From positions 7,417,888 to 7,481,887 of the forward strand of contig NC_092676.1 in NCBI RefSeq assembly GCF_964355755.1: a stretch of 64,000 nucleotides of DNA. The letters are read 5' to 3'. The stretch comes from Antedon mediterranea. Its lineage: Eukaryota > Animalia > Echinodermata. Under the pieces are notes generated by a model, which worked only from the letters and a program-made list of their open reading frames with translations, did not search any database and had not been told where the DNA came from. This document shows, piece after piece, positions 24,045 to 38,300 of this stretch. The position numbers were made by a program, and so were the translations under genes. Within the stretch, counting starts at the first letter, position 1. Each line of letters starts with the position of its first letter.

Positions 24045-24970
24045 GATCTTATTCTTTATCTGTGATTAATTATACTCAAATGACTATAGTTTAAAACAGT
24101 ATTAAACGGCATCTTACATTAATGTTATTTGCTGTTTATTCGAAGTTTATCTTATTCTTTATCACTGTGCTCAAATATACCAAAATGACTATAGTTGAAA
24201 CAGTGTTAAACTGGATCGTACATTAATGTTATTTGTTGTATATTATTAAGTTTATCCTATTCTTTATCACTGTGCTCAAGTATACCAAAATGACTATAGT
24301 TGAGAACAGTGTTAAACTGGATCGTACATTAATGCTATTTGTTGTATATTATTAAGTTTATCCTATTCTTTATCACTGTGCTCAAGTATACCAAAATGAC
24401 TATAGCTGAGAACAGTGTTAAACGGGATCGTACATTAATGTTATATGTTGTATATTGTTAAGTTTATCCTATTCTTTATCACTGTGCTCAAGTATACCAA
24501 AATGACTATAGTTGAGAACAGTGTTAAACTACATCGTACATTAATGTTATTTGTTGTATATTGTTAAGTTTATCCTATTCTTTATCACTGTGCTCAAGTA
24601 TACCAAAATGACTATAGTTGAGAACAGTGTTAAACGGGATCATACATTAATGTTATTTGTTGTATAATGTTAAGTTTATCCTATTCTTTATCACTGTTCT
24701 CAAGTATACCAAAATGACTATAGTTGAGAACAGTGTTAAACTGGATCGTACATTAATGTTTTTTGTTGTATATTTTTAAGTTTATCCTATTCTTTATCAC
24801 TGTGCTCAAGTATACCAAAATGACTATAGTTGAGAACAGTGTTAAACTGGATCGTACATTAATGTTTTTTGTTGTATATTTTTAAGTTTATCCTATTCTT
24901 TATCACTGTGCTCAAGTATACCAAAATGACTATAGTTGAGAACAGTTTTAAACGGGATCGTACATTAATT
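24045..24970 (-). repeat. ~105-bp satellite, ~9 copies, inverted relative to 22135-22655
   Basis: Reverse complement of the left-arm unit. Confidence 0.9.
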
Positions 24971-27262
24971 TTATCCTTTGCTTTACTGTGCTTTGATTTG
25001 ATAAGCAAGTTTGGTTGCCCCGCCCCCATATGCTGCCTACTAAATTAGGATTCCCTAGCTTTTCTATAAAAATTGAAGTACCCACAATGCACGTTATACG
25101 GAAGTCATAGTCTTGTAAAATACAGACACAATAGTTTTTATCGTATTGCTTTCATTTAAATATCACTAAGATTGTCTTAAACTACAAACAACTAAAATTA
25201 GTGAAGGTATGCAAGTGTTTCTAAATATTTATTACTGGTAGTATTAATACAATTTGGATTATATCATTTTCCAGAAAGGTAGAAAAAAACATAAAATAGT
25301 TGAGAATTCTCAACTAGCCAGGATGGTATAGGAAATATAGCTCGAGGCGAGTCTGTTGTTCAACTGGCTTCCGGATCCCCGTCACTTCCTGCAAAATGGC
25401 CGTTGGTGGCGACATTCAATAGTTCAATATTAAATACAAATATATTTTTAGTGGTTCAACTGATCGTGAACTACTTGCAATTAATTTGTTTTAGATATTC
25501 AACTAAAAGGCATTTACTTTACGTGAACTACAATTTGTTTTAGTAATTTAACTATTATTGAAAACCTTTACTTTTACGTGAACTACAATGTGATATTAGT
25601 GATTTAACTGAATCGTGAACTACAATTTATATGTTTTAGATATTCAAAGGCCTACGTACGTAAAATACAATTTGTTTTAGTAATTGACCTAATTATTTAT
25701 GCTATTTATTAATCATTTTATCAAATTCAGGAGCGATTCAATGTTACTACAGGAGGTTAATTGAGCTAATTATTTATGCTATCTGAATTTAGGTGCGATT
25801 CAGGTAGGCCTACCAGAGAAACACCTTTACTGTTTATATTATCGATTATTTCTGTTGCTTGCTCTATTTATAATTATACTACGACCGATACGATATATAA
25901 GTAGGCTACGGAAGTTGTTATTTGATCATTTTGTTTCAAAATTAACAAGATGCTGTTGTCATGATATATTGTGAAGCACCACTCACTGTCACCCACTTTG
26001 ATAAACTATTTGGTCTCTTGGTACGGTCACGTTAGACTGTTTCAGTGTGTAAAGTTCAGATAATATATAATAATAATATGTATATTATACGTATACTGTT
26101 CTTTACAATTATATTATTTGCAGCTTACGTTCTTATGAACCAATTGTTGTGTAATACCAATTGTTGTAAAGTTTTTACATCATTACAGGAGAATTAATGT
26201 ACATTTTGTCTACAAATAGTTAAATCTATTTGAGTAACTTTTCCCCTTTACGTTCCTATAACCACCGATTGCTGTCAAGTCCATACATCACTACTGACAG
26301 CATGGAGCTGACAGGGGACATAATCGGTATACATTTCGCATCTTACCAAACTTATTTTCAGTACAGGTTCAAATCTGACACACTCATTCGGCGGAAGACC
26401 GAATATAATAATTAGCCGTATATTATGCATATGCATTGGTGTCACCCGGGCTTCAATTTCCATAGGCGTTGGTCATGTTTTCAAGAACCATTCGGGTACA
26501 CCCACTAGAGCTAGAGGGTGCGCGAGCGAAGAGAGTACTAGTACTGTATATTTCGTTTTGAGTTCATAGGGTTTTGCTCAGAGAATTTCGGTTTTGCCCG
26601 AATGGTTTACAAAGAGGAGGATAAAGGTGGCCTTCACGTGGCCCTCCTTGTACCACCAGTACCAGTGACTCACTGGGAAACCAATACCTTCGTATCTCCT
26701 GTGCTTGTATTTATTTTAATCACTTTATTGGCTTGTTGATGTTTTCTGTGAAAGTATTGCTATATACTGTACAGTACTTAAAAGTTTATTGACAATCTTA
26801 AAGCAGCAGTACTAATACTGTACAGTAAAAGAAGAAAGACTTTCACGAAGTAATTATTTTTATTAGAATGTATGTTAAAAAATAAAATAATTTTAAATGG
26901 ATGTATTAGGCACCAGAAGTACTGTATAATACTGTATATTATTACCCTATTAGAATTATGTTCATGAATCATTTATTAATATATATGTTATATAATATAA
27001 ATATTATTAGAATCGGGTATTTTTCCATTTCAATTTATTAGTCTCCATCAGCTAAAGTTATAATTGTCCCCCAAAAACATGAAATATTAAGATTAATTAA
27101 ATCAGACTTTGAAGAGGTTATTGTATAGTTTTAATAAAGAAATCACTTCCGTAGAAAAAGAAATGGAAAAAATAATGCTTTCACTTATAAACTGAAAAAA
27201 TAAATGGTTAAATTCAACCAAAAACCCATTGGCTGGCAGCTAATTTGACTGTTATTCCTGTT

Positions 27263-30200
27263 CATTACGCGGACCAGGCTACGTTAGCGTTACGGTTAGG
27301 CAATTTGGTTTTGACAAGCAATTACTGTCAGTGCTTTGTAAGTTATTGTGATTTTATTGCCCTGGAGTGTCATTTGAGCCACAAGTTCTAACTACAAGTC
27401 CTGCCCACTGGAGGTTGGTCTAACCTGAGATGATTCGCATGGAAGAGCTTGAGTCATTCTCTTAAGTTTGGCCTCGATGACCTTTGCGCAGGCTACCTAG
27501 AATTCTCATGGGCCATTAAATATTCAGTTTCAACTTTTAGATTTTATGTGGTTTGAGACTTTGTTGAGCATTTTTTAAAATGTGTATAGGCCTACTACAG
27601 TACATAATATTAATATTTAATCAAAGATAAGAACAATAATGCAATATACATTGAGATATAAATGATGTAAAATAAACCATAAAGATTAATACAATAAACT
27701 ACAAATAGCCAATTTTTAAGTTTTAATGGAAAAAAATGATTGACCTATGAAAGAACCCTAAAATAAACATATAAACAAAAATAAACGCCAAGTGATGATA
27801 ACCAATTTAAATTAATACACATTCAAAAGTTTTATCATCATGTAAATAATTATCTTAAATTAAAAATGAAAGATATATTTAGGTTAACAAATTGAATATA
27901 ATATGTTTCCTTTTTTCTTATCACTCTTGAAAAGTAATGTTATCTGTTATCTGCCAGAGTCACATGTTCTGACCCTTTCCTTCATTTGTTTAGCTCTGTT
28001 GATGAATACTCTGATACTTTTTTTCGTAAAATGCTACAAATAAGTGTGTATGTTTTTTACCCTGCCACTGTTTTAGTACAACACAATTTTGTGTACCCTG
28101 CCACTGTTTTGTATCCCTGCCACCGTTTTTGTATCCCTGCAATCTTATTTTTTCACAGAAACTTTGTATACAACACAAGTTTTTGTATCCTAGATCATTG
28201 TTTTGTACCCTGACACCGTTTTTGTTCCCTGCTACTGTTTTTGTACCCTGCCACCGTTTTTGTACCCTGCTACTGTTTTTGTACCATGCCCCAGTTTTTG
28301 TACCCAGCTGCCATCGTGTTTGTACCCTGCCACTGTTTTTGTACCCTGCCACTGTTTTTATACCCTGCCACCGTTTTTGTACCCTGCGACTGTTTTTGTA
28401 CCCTCCCACCGTTTTTTTATCCTGCCACCGTTTTTGTATCCCTGCCACCGTTTTTGTACCACTGTCATCGTCTTTTTTCCCAGACACTTTGTATACAACA
28501 CAAGTTTTTGTACCATAGACCACTGCTTGTCATACCCTGTCTCTGTTTTTGTACCCTGATACCGTTTTTGTACCATGTCACCGTTTTTGTACCCTGCCAC
28601 TATTTTTGTACCTTGCCACTGTTTTTGTACCCATCTGCCATCGTTTTTGTACCCTGCCACCGTTTTTGTACCCAGCTGCCATCGATTTTGTACTGCCACC
28701 GTTTTTGTACCCTGCCACTTTTTTGTACCCTGCCACCGTTTTTGTACCCTGCCACTGTTTATGTACCCTGCGACTGTTTTTGTACCCAGCTGCCATCGTT
28801 TTTGTACCCTGCCATCGTTTTTGTACCCTGCCACCGTTTTTGTACCCTGCCACCGTTTTTGTACCCTGCCACCGTTTTTGTATCCTGCCACCGTTTTTGT
28901 ACCCTGCCACTGTTTTTGTACCGAGCTGCTATCGTTTTTATACCCTGCCACCGTTTTTGTACCCTCCACTGTTTTTGTACCCTGCTCATTTTTTGTACCC
29001 AACTGCCATCAATGTTGTACCCTGCCACTTTTTTTGTACCCAGCTGCCATCGTTTTTGTACCCTGCCACTGTTTGTACCCTTCTACCAGGGCCTTCCAGC
29101 CTTTTAAACACTGCCTGACATACAAAGATATTTTAAGTCATTTTGTGAAAAATATACATTTATTTAATTTAATGGAATATCACAACCACTAAGTATTTAT
29201 TCCTGTATAAGGTCAGCAATCAGATTTCCCGCGAACTATTGTATAAAATTAGTGACGCTGTTTTTGTACACTGCCACCGTTTTTGTACCCTGCCACCGTT
29301 TTTGTACCCTGCCACTGTTTTTGTACCCAGCTGCCATCGTTTTTGTACTCTGCCATCGTTTTTGTACCCTGCCACCGTTTTTGTACCCTGCCACCGATTT
29401 TGTACCCTGCCACCGTTTTTGTACCCTGCCATCGATGTTGTACCCTGCCACTTTTTTTGTACCCAGCTGCCATCGTTTTTGTACCCTGCCACCGTTTTTG
29501 TACCCTTCCACTATTTTTGTACCCTGCCACTGTTTTTGTACCCATCTGCCATCGTTTTTGTACCCTGCCACCGTTTTTGTACGCTGCCACTGTTTTTGTA
29601 CCCTGTTACTGTTTTTGTACCCAGCTGCCATCTATTTTGTACCCTGTCACCTTTTTTGTACCCTGCCACTGTTTTTGTACCCTGCTACTGTTTTTGTACC
29701 TTGCTACTGTTGTTGTACCCTGCTACTGTTTTTGTACCCTGCTACTGTTTTTGTACCCAGCTGCCATCGATTTTGTACCCTGCCACCGTTTGCCATAATC
29801 TATTGTTACAGGTATAAATTAATTTTACCATCAATCATGAAGCACGTACCACGTTATTACCTGTAAGAGAAAAGACAATTGGGAAAATGAGAAAATAATT
29901 GTAAAATAATCACTGAATTGTGTATGGTATAATTGAATTTAATGTATGATAATGAAAAATTAGTGGCTTAATTTAAAAAAATTACGCATAGGCCTATAAC
30001 AGATTCTTATTATTGATATCATTATGGACATAATCCTGAGTTGTGGAAATTAGGATATTTTATACGAATATATATTAGGCCTACTGATATACTGTAAATA
30101 AGACCTCTTTAGTCCTACTTCACACGTTTACGTAGATCTATCTGATAAGAATTTGTTAATTATTTTATTTTTATCGGCACGTTGATTTCTACCTACCATG

Positions 30201-31230
30201 CAAACGCATGCAGCAAGTCAGATTTTCCTCCACAATGAATCTTCCGAGAAAGATCTTTTATTTATTTTCGATGCGCTTCCATTCAATTTTAAAATCGCTT
30301 TGATGCCTGCCGCCTCAATCCATCAAGAGGAATGGCGGGGGATATTTGAACTCCGTGGTATATCTGGCTTAGGCCTAACCCTTTTGCGATTAATTCTTTC
30401 TAATAGTTCTGTTGTAGGCTACATTTTCTTTCACGGGCTCGTCGTTTATATTATCAAGTAGACGGTCATTGATGACCGAGTCTACGCATTTATCTCGTAT
30501 AAAATCGCGTAGAGTTATCAAATTTAAATTGTGTTTATTTGTATCAATTATGTATGTTTGTTGCTGCTGTACATTGTCTACAAGATGTCCACCACCCAAC
30601 AACAGGGGAATAAAACATGAAACACTAATATGCTTTCGTGATACATTAGCACTGTTCGGAAGTACTCATGATTGACTATCAATCCATTTTGTTCCCAAAA
30701 ATGTGAAAGATATATGCTTTCCCATTAAATTTAATAAATTGAATATCACATGGCCATCCCAATTCCCTAACAAAACTATTGTTCATGTTTAAAAGTATTT
30801 ATTTAATGTGTCTGTAGTTCTAGTTAAATTGCTTTGCATAAAGCAGCATTGAGAAATATTTAGATTATTATTATAAACAACCACTAAAGTATTTATTCCT
30901 GTACAAGGTCAGAAATCAAATTTCCCGCAAACTATTTTATAAAATCAGTGACCTATCTAATAGTACATTGATTGGTTAATACCCAGTCAGTGAGGACCTG
31001 ATTGACAAGCAGTGCCTGTTTGCTATTGGTCATTGGTAAGAGGAAGTTGAAAATGGACAGCAAGTTATTCTTAACACTTGCAGTCTTAAATAAACACGCT
31101 GGCATTTTTATTACACCACAGAGTATTATTCCTGTCAACTTATACCACAATTGACATGTTGAGGGGATAGGTCATCCACTGATTCAGTGGATGCCAAACG
31201 TAACGCTAAAGTAGCCTGGTCCGTGTAATG
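27263..31230. mobile_element. ~4-kb non-autonomous DNA transposon with ~40-bp TIRs, filled with minisatellite
   Basis: CATTACGCGGACCAGGCTACGTTAGCGTTACGGTTAGGCA / TGCCAAACGTAACGCTAAAGTAGCCTGGTCCGTGTAATG. Confidence 0.7.
28050..29792. repeat. ~20-bp minisatellite TTTTTGTACCCTGCCAC(C/T)G in two blocks (28050-29080, 29258-29792)
   Basis: Direct tandem repeats with variant units; source of many spurious ORFs. Confidence 0.95.
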
Positions 31231-31299
31231 TATAACAGTTTTTTCAGGTAAATAATTTTGTTTTCGATCCAATTTTTGGTCAAAGTGGATAACTATTAA

Positions 31300-31924
31300 A
31301 GACCCCTTCCCTGCAATTTTGGACGTTTTTTGGAAAATAATACATCCTATATCACTTTAAAAACATTAAACCATGTCATTCCTTGTCTTAAATGTACGTT
31401 TTATGGTAAATTATGATAAAAAGTGAGAAACAATGCACTATCTAAGTAAAGTAGCTCGCGGCGATCGACCTCTCGTGGACGGTCTTAGGCCTAGCCTAGC
31501 TAGGCTTAGTTTTGTAGGCCTAGCTGGTAAACATCGGTAACGTACGAACATCGTACGCGAGCTATATACCTAGCCTAACGTTGTATAGTTGCTGCATTAA
31601 TTGTCTTTCTATTTTTGCCAGACTCCGTTGATACAAATTGGGGAAAACCCGGTATTTTCGCTGCAAAGTTAGGAGTCTTCCATTTGTTTTGGCTTCACGA
31701 TCGATCGAAAAGTGGGCGAATTACAGATGAAAAACAAAAATATCAATCCGCGCGGTTTTGGGATTTATAGCGGGCCGCTATAATTATTAGAATCGATTTA
31801 TTTTTCACATTTTTAACTGTTTAAAGACGAAAAAGTTATCGCAATAGGACCATATAGTATTATTTTTACATTCAATATAGTTTGTGATCTTAAATTAGAT
31901 CTAAAAAACGTAGGGAATGGGGCT
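31300..31924. mobile_element. Kolobok-like MITE
   Basis: TTAA|AGACCCCTTCCCT...AGGGAATGGGGCT|TTAA. Confidence 0.6.
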
Positions 31925-32229
31925 TTAAGTGACAATAAAATGGCATATTCAACAAAAAATGTTTTAAGAATTATTTTTTCAAAGGCAATACATCTTTAAG
32001 TGAAAATGCATCACTTGAATACCAGACTTTGATTGATTTTTTGATTGATTATTTTTATAACACAATGCACAATGGTCCACTATTGCATAAAGTTCTAAAA
32101 ACCTAAAATTAATTCTATAGATTAATATTTTTGATGTCTATAAAAAACATTAATACTAAATTCATTTTAAATGTTCACTTTTATGTAAATAATTGATTCC
32201 ATTATACTTGTTTTTTTTTTCCTGGCAAG

Positions 32230-32392
32230 TCATTTTTCTACTATCTCCGATATACTTTTGGTTCTTCCAGTACGTTCTCGCGTCCCATCTGTCAACTGAT
32301 AGGCTGGTTTATATCGCGCATTACCATACTTGTCAACAAATCGCAGTGCTGGATTTGGAGCTGTGTTAGTTCGGCTACCCAATGATGTATAC
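32230..32392 (-). CDS. FLAD1: FLAD1 exon 12 (last)
   Basis: [16 protein letters not shown]...YKPAYQL...ERTGR, stop TGA. Confidence 0.95.
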
Positions 32393-35300
32393 CTACAAAA
32401 AATAAAATGCATTTTTGAGCTTTCAAATTTTAGTTGCAAGCATGTTTTCATTTGTGAGAAGAAAGTTTTTAGATAAAATATTGTAATATAATAATATTTA
32501 AAATTAATTAAAAATATATTTTAAATAATTAAATACCCTTGGTCATACAGCAAACAGTAAGGCACTTGTAACGCTCGAAGCAAGGCCCAGACCTCTTGGT
32601 ACGTCCATTCAAGAATTGGGTTGACGCGCATGAAAGGTGGCCAATCAGGATCTGTCATACAAAATGCTTCAAGGTGTTCTGTTATGAATAAAAATAAAAT
32701 GTTGTTTAAAATCAAATCAAATGTCTTATTTACTTTATCCAATGATAATTGTGTCAACAGTTTGGTAGAACCAGGAATATATAGTTTAAAAGCTTTGCTT
32801 ATTTTGAATTAGTATTTTATAGCTTTTGTACAGTTTAATAGCTTTAATTTTTTTATTTTATGGAATAAAATTTGATTGACAAATGTGGTGGATTGGTCTC
32901 AATGTACTACATGGATTCTTCTTTACTAAAATGCACTTTACCCTATCGATCTGTAACTTATTATCGATTCCTGGTATACTGTCTAGGAAAGGCATGCTTT
33001 ATTATTTCTTAGGGGGGTAAACCTCGTACCTGAAAATGGATCGGACCTCCTTGTACCCATAATGACTGCCTTTACATGCGGATGACTGATCTGCATTTCT
33101 TTTAAGCCATCCTTGATCCTCCCATGAATTATAACAGGTTTTAAATTATATCTAAATAGTTAAAAAAACAAAACTTTATTATATTTTTGTACTAAAATAA
33201 TTGAAGCTGAAGCAGTGCCTAGTTTTATGAAAAATGAAAAATAGTATTGACAAAAATATTTCATAAAAATAATTTAATAGAATAATAACAAAATAGTGGC
33301 ACTGTGGTTCGGTGCTTGCCTAGCAATGCCAGAGTTCTTGGTTCTAATCACGTTATACTCCAGAATTACAAATACAGTCTCCACTATCAAACTAGTTTGA
33401 CAAAAAAAGTGTGATGTGCCCAATTATGCTAGTGATAATGTTTAAATATGGTAGTGATATGACATCATCATGTCCATATATGGGCACATCACATTTTGTT
33501 GTCACAAAGTTTGATGATGTAGACAGAGCATAAGCCTCATAAGACTTGGTTTATAAAGCATGGGTTTCACATTCTGTATTTATAAAGTCATGCTGGATGG
33601 TGTAAACATTTTTGTTTAAAAAAATAACATTCCCCACCTTGAAAATGTTTCTGTGATAAACATCTCTTGTTGTTTGAATGTTGGTTTACCTTCTATATAC
33701 AAAGCCTGCAAATTCCCTGGTATATTATCACCATACTTCCTATAGTAAAGGAAGATTGAATATAATATATATTTATAATCATTTTTATTGCGCCAATTAA
33801 ATATGCATATTGTAGCCTGAATTTTGCTGAACAATCAACTTTTAAAATAAATTTTGTTTTTAAAGACTGATACAATATGATCAATAACTATTTTTGCTTT
33901 ATGGTAAAAGTAACATTAAGGACAGATTTTTTTCATTAATTAACCTTAGTGGAGGAAAATCCAGATTTTTTTTTAAAGTGTATTACATTACCTCTGAAAA
34001 GGTACCATTTTTAAAAATTTAGGGACGGTGGGACACCATAGGCACTCAATACTTGGAATCTACTGTAGATGCTGAAACCATAATAAACAGTTAATATTAT
34101 TCATAAACATGAATTTAATCTTATCACGGCCACTTACTTTTGGACCACAGCGAAAAATAAGTGAACAAGAATGGTACAGTCCTTTCCTCCATTGAAGCCT
34201 ACACAGATTTCATCGAGTTTGTATTTATCTAGAGCCTCTTCTAAAGTCTTTACTGCTTTGCTAAGTGGCGTGATTAGCTCAGGCTGTGTCGTTGACTGTA
34301 AAAGGTTGTAAACTTTGGATGATGCATTTTTAACAGGATCTTTCTCATATTCTACCACCTTCTCTAAAAAAAGAAAATGGTTGTTATTTTTAGAGTTGTA
34401 AAATATGGAACATTACAGTGCCAGCTTTATGTTTACGGAATGTAGAATTCCTTCTTTTTATGAATTGTTTAGAAAATCAATATATGGCCTGATGGGTAGA
34501 CTAAATGCAAGCGAAAATGTTTTAGTCTCAACGATTATAAACAATGTCTTAGTTAAGTCGAAGGTGCTCTCCAGGTGGAATGCCATCCTGAGATGAGTAG
34601 TAGTAATTAGTCTTGTTTATTTTATTTCATTTATATGTAATTTTTACTTTCTATGGACCAGAGATTCCGAAATAAAAGATTGAATTGAATGAATGAATGG
34701 TGCCCTTAATTTCAATTAAGGTTAGAGGTAAAAATCTACACATTCAGGAGACAAACAAAAGATATATTGTTCCAATTTTTTTTTTTAATTGAAATAAAAA
34801 ATTTTACTTTGAAAAAACTGTAATTTATTGCAAAATATAGTCAAATTCAAACAGTTTTTGGTTGAATTTATTCTTTTTAAAGTGAAACATTTTTTTTTAC
34901 GAAAGTTATTAACTGCAAAATGTCCTTTTATTCATCTTCATGTTTTTTTAAATAAAGAAGGTAGATGTGTAATAACCTGGTTTTTACTATACAGTAGAAC
35001 TCCTCGCAATATAGAACTCTTCCATTCTGACACTTTCTCATGAAATGAACTAGGGACAACTTATTTTTGAACGCTAAAGCCCATCCTATTCAGGGGGCAT
35101 CATTAAGGTAACTTTGTTCCGAAGATGCCCTTGTTACGGTAGAACTTAAAAGGGGTTTCCTTAATAGGCATTTTAGTCTATTCTAAAGGTTTTACCTGAA
35201 GGTAACATTGACAGAAGTTCCTTGTGAGCCTCTGCTAACTTGGCTCCATCTTGGCACTCTAAGCTGATTTTAACTTTATAATAGCTAGAACAAATAAATG

Positions 35301-38300
35301 TTTAAATCAAATTTATAAGATGTTGCTTAAACGATGGAGAAAAATTACATTCGGCCATACTGCGTTGAAATGTTAGGCCCGACTGTCTAGAAATAGTGGC
35401 GGGTGCTGTATATACACCAGAGAGTGATGGTGTAATGATACTATCTAACTAGCATGTGATAGGCATGGGTTCTGTACAATACTAATTGCATCCTTAGGCA
35501 ATATGCTTAATCTCATTACCTCATCCTTCGGATGAGATGTAGAGCCATTGGTACATTATTCGAAAAAGAGTAGGGGATCGTCTTTCAGTGTGCTGATCTG
35601 GTAGGCACTGCACTGCTGGCTGCCGTCGGTCCTTAGAGGACCTAATCCGAATTTCCTCAGTTTTCAGTTAAGCTTGAGGACCAGAATAATGCATTAATAA
35701 TGTTAAAACATTTAACATCTTTTTGTGGTGTTTGTATTATTTATTGCTATGTACACAAAATATAAACAACAGCTTGTTAAACTAAGCTGTAAGTGGCGGA
35801 TTTGTTTCTGCTGTTGTTTCTGGTTTAAAAAATAAAAATAAACACCAGATGAATTTTAAAAAAAATCTCAAAACCACAAAAAAAAACCCAAAATATGACA
35901 TAGCAAGGAATAACCCTTTAAGCTGGAATGCTTGTTTCAGAAGGTGACCTCAGCAAAGGCTAAGGTCAGCTAAATATCATACACACAAGGTATTAAGATT
36001 TATACAAACCTGTTCAGTAGATCTGGATAACAACCTAGTTGTATACAATCCTTGTATTTACTGTTAAACTCATTTAATATTTCAGCTACACTTATTTCAT
36101 CACACGCAAGAAAGATTTCACGATAATGGAAGGTGATGTTCGATTCTCGGAACAAAGTTTTCTACCAACAAAAAAATTAATAATGCTCTAAGTTGAAAAA
36201 TTATCAAATAATACACCTAAAATTTACACTATTCAAAATTATATAAATATGATATAAAAGCAATTGGATTAGCCAATTAGCTAATAAATAATAATAATAA
36301 GAAGAACATTGCTTTTACCCTGAGGAGATTAAAGTCTTTCTGCAATAACTTTGGAATTCCTGGGAAGACTACGACATTCCGTACTGTTATCACCGGATAC
36401 ATATTCTTTTCACCGGATTCCGGATCAAACCCATAATGCAATTTGGCTGACTCTGGAATCTAGGAAAGAATATACTAGTCAGAGTGGCAATTCGGCGCAA
36501 TATCACAAAAATAATGAAAGCATATTTGGGTGAGCACTTGTAAAGGAATAAGAAACGTAAAAAGGAATAATAACTAAGAGTAAGCACTATACAATACAAC
36601 AAGAACACAATGCATTACTTGCTGTAAGGAAATCTGTTTTATAAATAAATCCTTACAAATGCCATCTTCATCTGTGGGGACTGCAAGCTGTGTTCTGCTC
36701 CGAAAAATCGTTTACACAGGGTCACTAACTCATCATTCAGCGCAAGTTCTTCCTTAAATGCCAAAGCAACACCTAGAAATACAACTAAAGACTTAGTATG
36801 TGGTAAAATTGCGGCGGATAAAGAGAGGAACACTAGGGCTCCCTCTTTTGACAACTAAAATGAAAATTACTTTTTGAATCTAATTTTTGATTATTAATAA
36901 TACTATGTTTAGTGCTCCTCCATTAAAAAATCTGTGAAAATAATAAATCCTCATCTCCAGATGACAATGGAAAAATAATTAACAATTTGACAAGATACAT
37001 CTAGGGCCGTAGCAGCCAGTACGGTTGGTAAGGTTTAAACCTAACCACTTCTTCTGAGAGGCCTGTGACGACCCAGTGACTTGAACAGAGATTGTTCACT
37101 TTTATTTTTGCACCACTTTATTTCTTGTGGCTTCACTGGCAGCGGACTCCAATACGCACACTGACACAAATTCTTAACCCTGATTATCTACCTTTGTAAG
37201 TGATGTCATCATGCGTTGGTCCAATCCCACCAGACGTCACAACATGTGTATACTTGGATGAAAAATTTGCAATTTCACTTGAAACTTTCTCCAAATCATC
37301 TCCAATTACTGCTATCTGAAATATATAAAAGGTTTAAAGAATTATATCACATCTATACAGTAAAATATAGGGAAAAATTTCATTAAAAAATTTTGTTTAG
37401 CAATTATTGCTAATCAAACTGATTTTTTAGTCGAGAAACATAGTTTTGTATTGTCTTTTGCTACACAATTTTAGAAATGTGTAGCAATAAGGTTGTTTTG
37501 TATAGCTTTTTGCTATGCTACATTGGCGAAATTATTCCCTGAAATAATAATTATTCAGAATAAAACATTTAAAACATTCTTTGGTTATGTATTTCTCAGA
37601 AAATTGCTACTTACCTTTTCAACTCTTATACCCATTTGGAAAAGTTGACCACATAGAAAATGTGAATTTGTGTCCTGAACATGGCCTTTCAATATCTCAT
37701 CTCCAATAACTGAAATATAAAAAATTATACACTTGAAATGTCCATAGTTATACCTTAATAATGATAATATTACCAGAGGCTCATTTATTGCCTATTATTA
37801 AAATATGGGTCGTGTCACCACAAAAGGAGCCTTGTGTTGAAATTAAATTTTTTTTATTATTATTATAATATTAATCTCCATTCTTTAAGCTTTCCAAAAA
37901 TATGTAACTTGCTTTATATTTCTTTCAAGACAATTAAGATATGACCAGATTTCAACAAAGCACTTCCGAATTCAATAGATTATCAACAATTAGAAAACAG
38001 CCTTTGAAGTTCAGTGGACCATTACATTGGTTCTATTCAATATCCACAACACATTCTCCTTGGATACCATTAGTTATTATAAATGGATCTACATGAAATT
38101 TTACACACTTAAAGAATGAAGACGAATAAAGATTACACTTTAATTTCTTTCAATTTTATTATCATCTTCATATATAAAATCAACAATTAAAAATGCATAA
38201 TTATGTTGATTAATGGATTATTTTGAGCACACAATCTGTTAACATAACTCACTTCTACTCTAGATCATGATTAGGCCTATACAAATTCTTATTCGTTTTC

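Larger units (their letters stand above)
21820..25330. mobile_element. 3.5-kb foldback-like non-autonomous element with satellite arms
   Basis: TIRs TATACCA...TGGCTAGTTGAGAATTCTCAACTATT / AATAGTTGAGAATTCTCAACTAGCCA...TGGTATA, with inverted 105-bp satellite arms. Confidence 0.65.

Noticed and set aside
27986-29866. Many overlapping Cys/Pro-rich ORFs
   Set aside because: They are translations of a ~20-bp minisatellite in all frames.
30198-30675. Short ORFs inside the 4-kb TIR element as a transposase
   Set aside because: No DDE or other family motif recognised.
33296-33362. tRNA gene in a FLAD1 intron
   Set aside because: Only decayed A/B-box-like sequence whose stems do not pair; an old SINE head.
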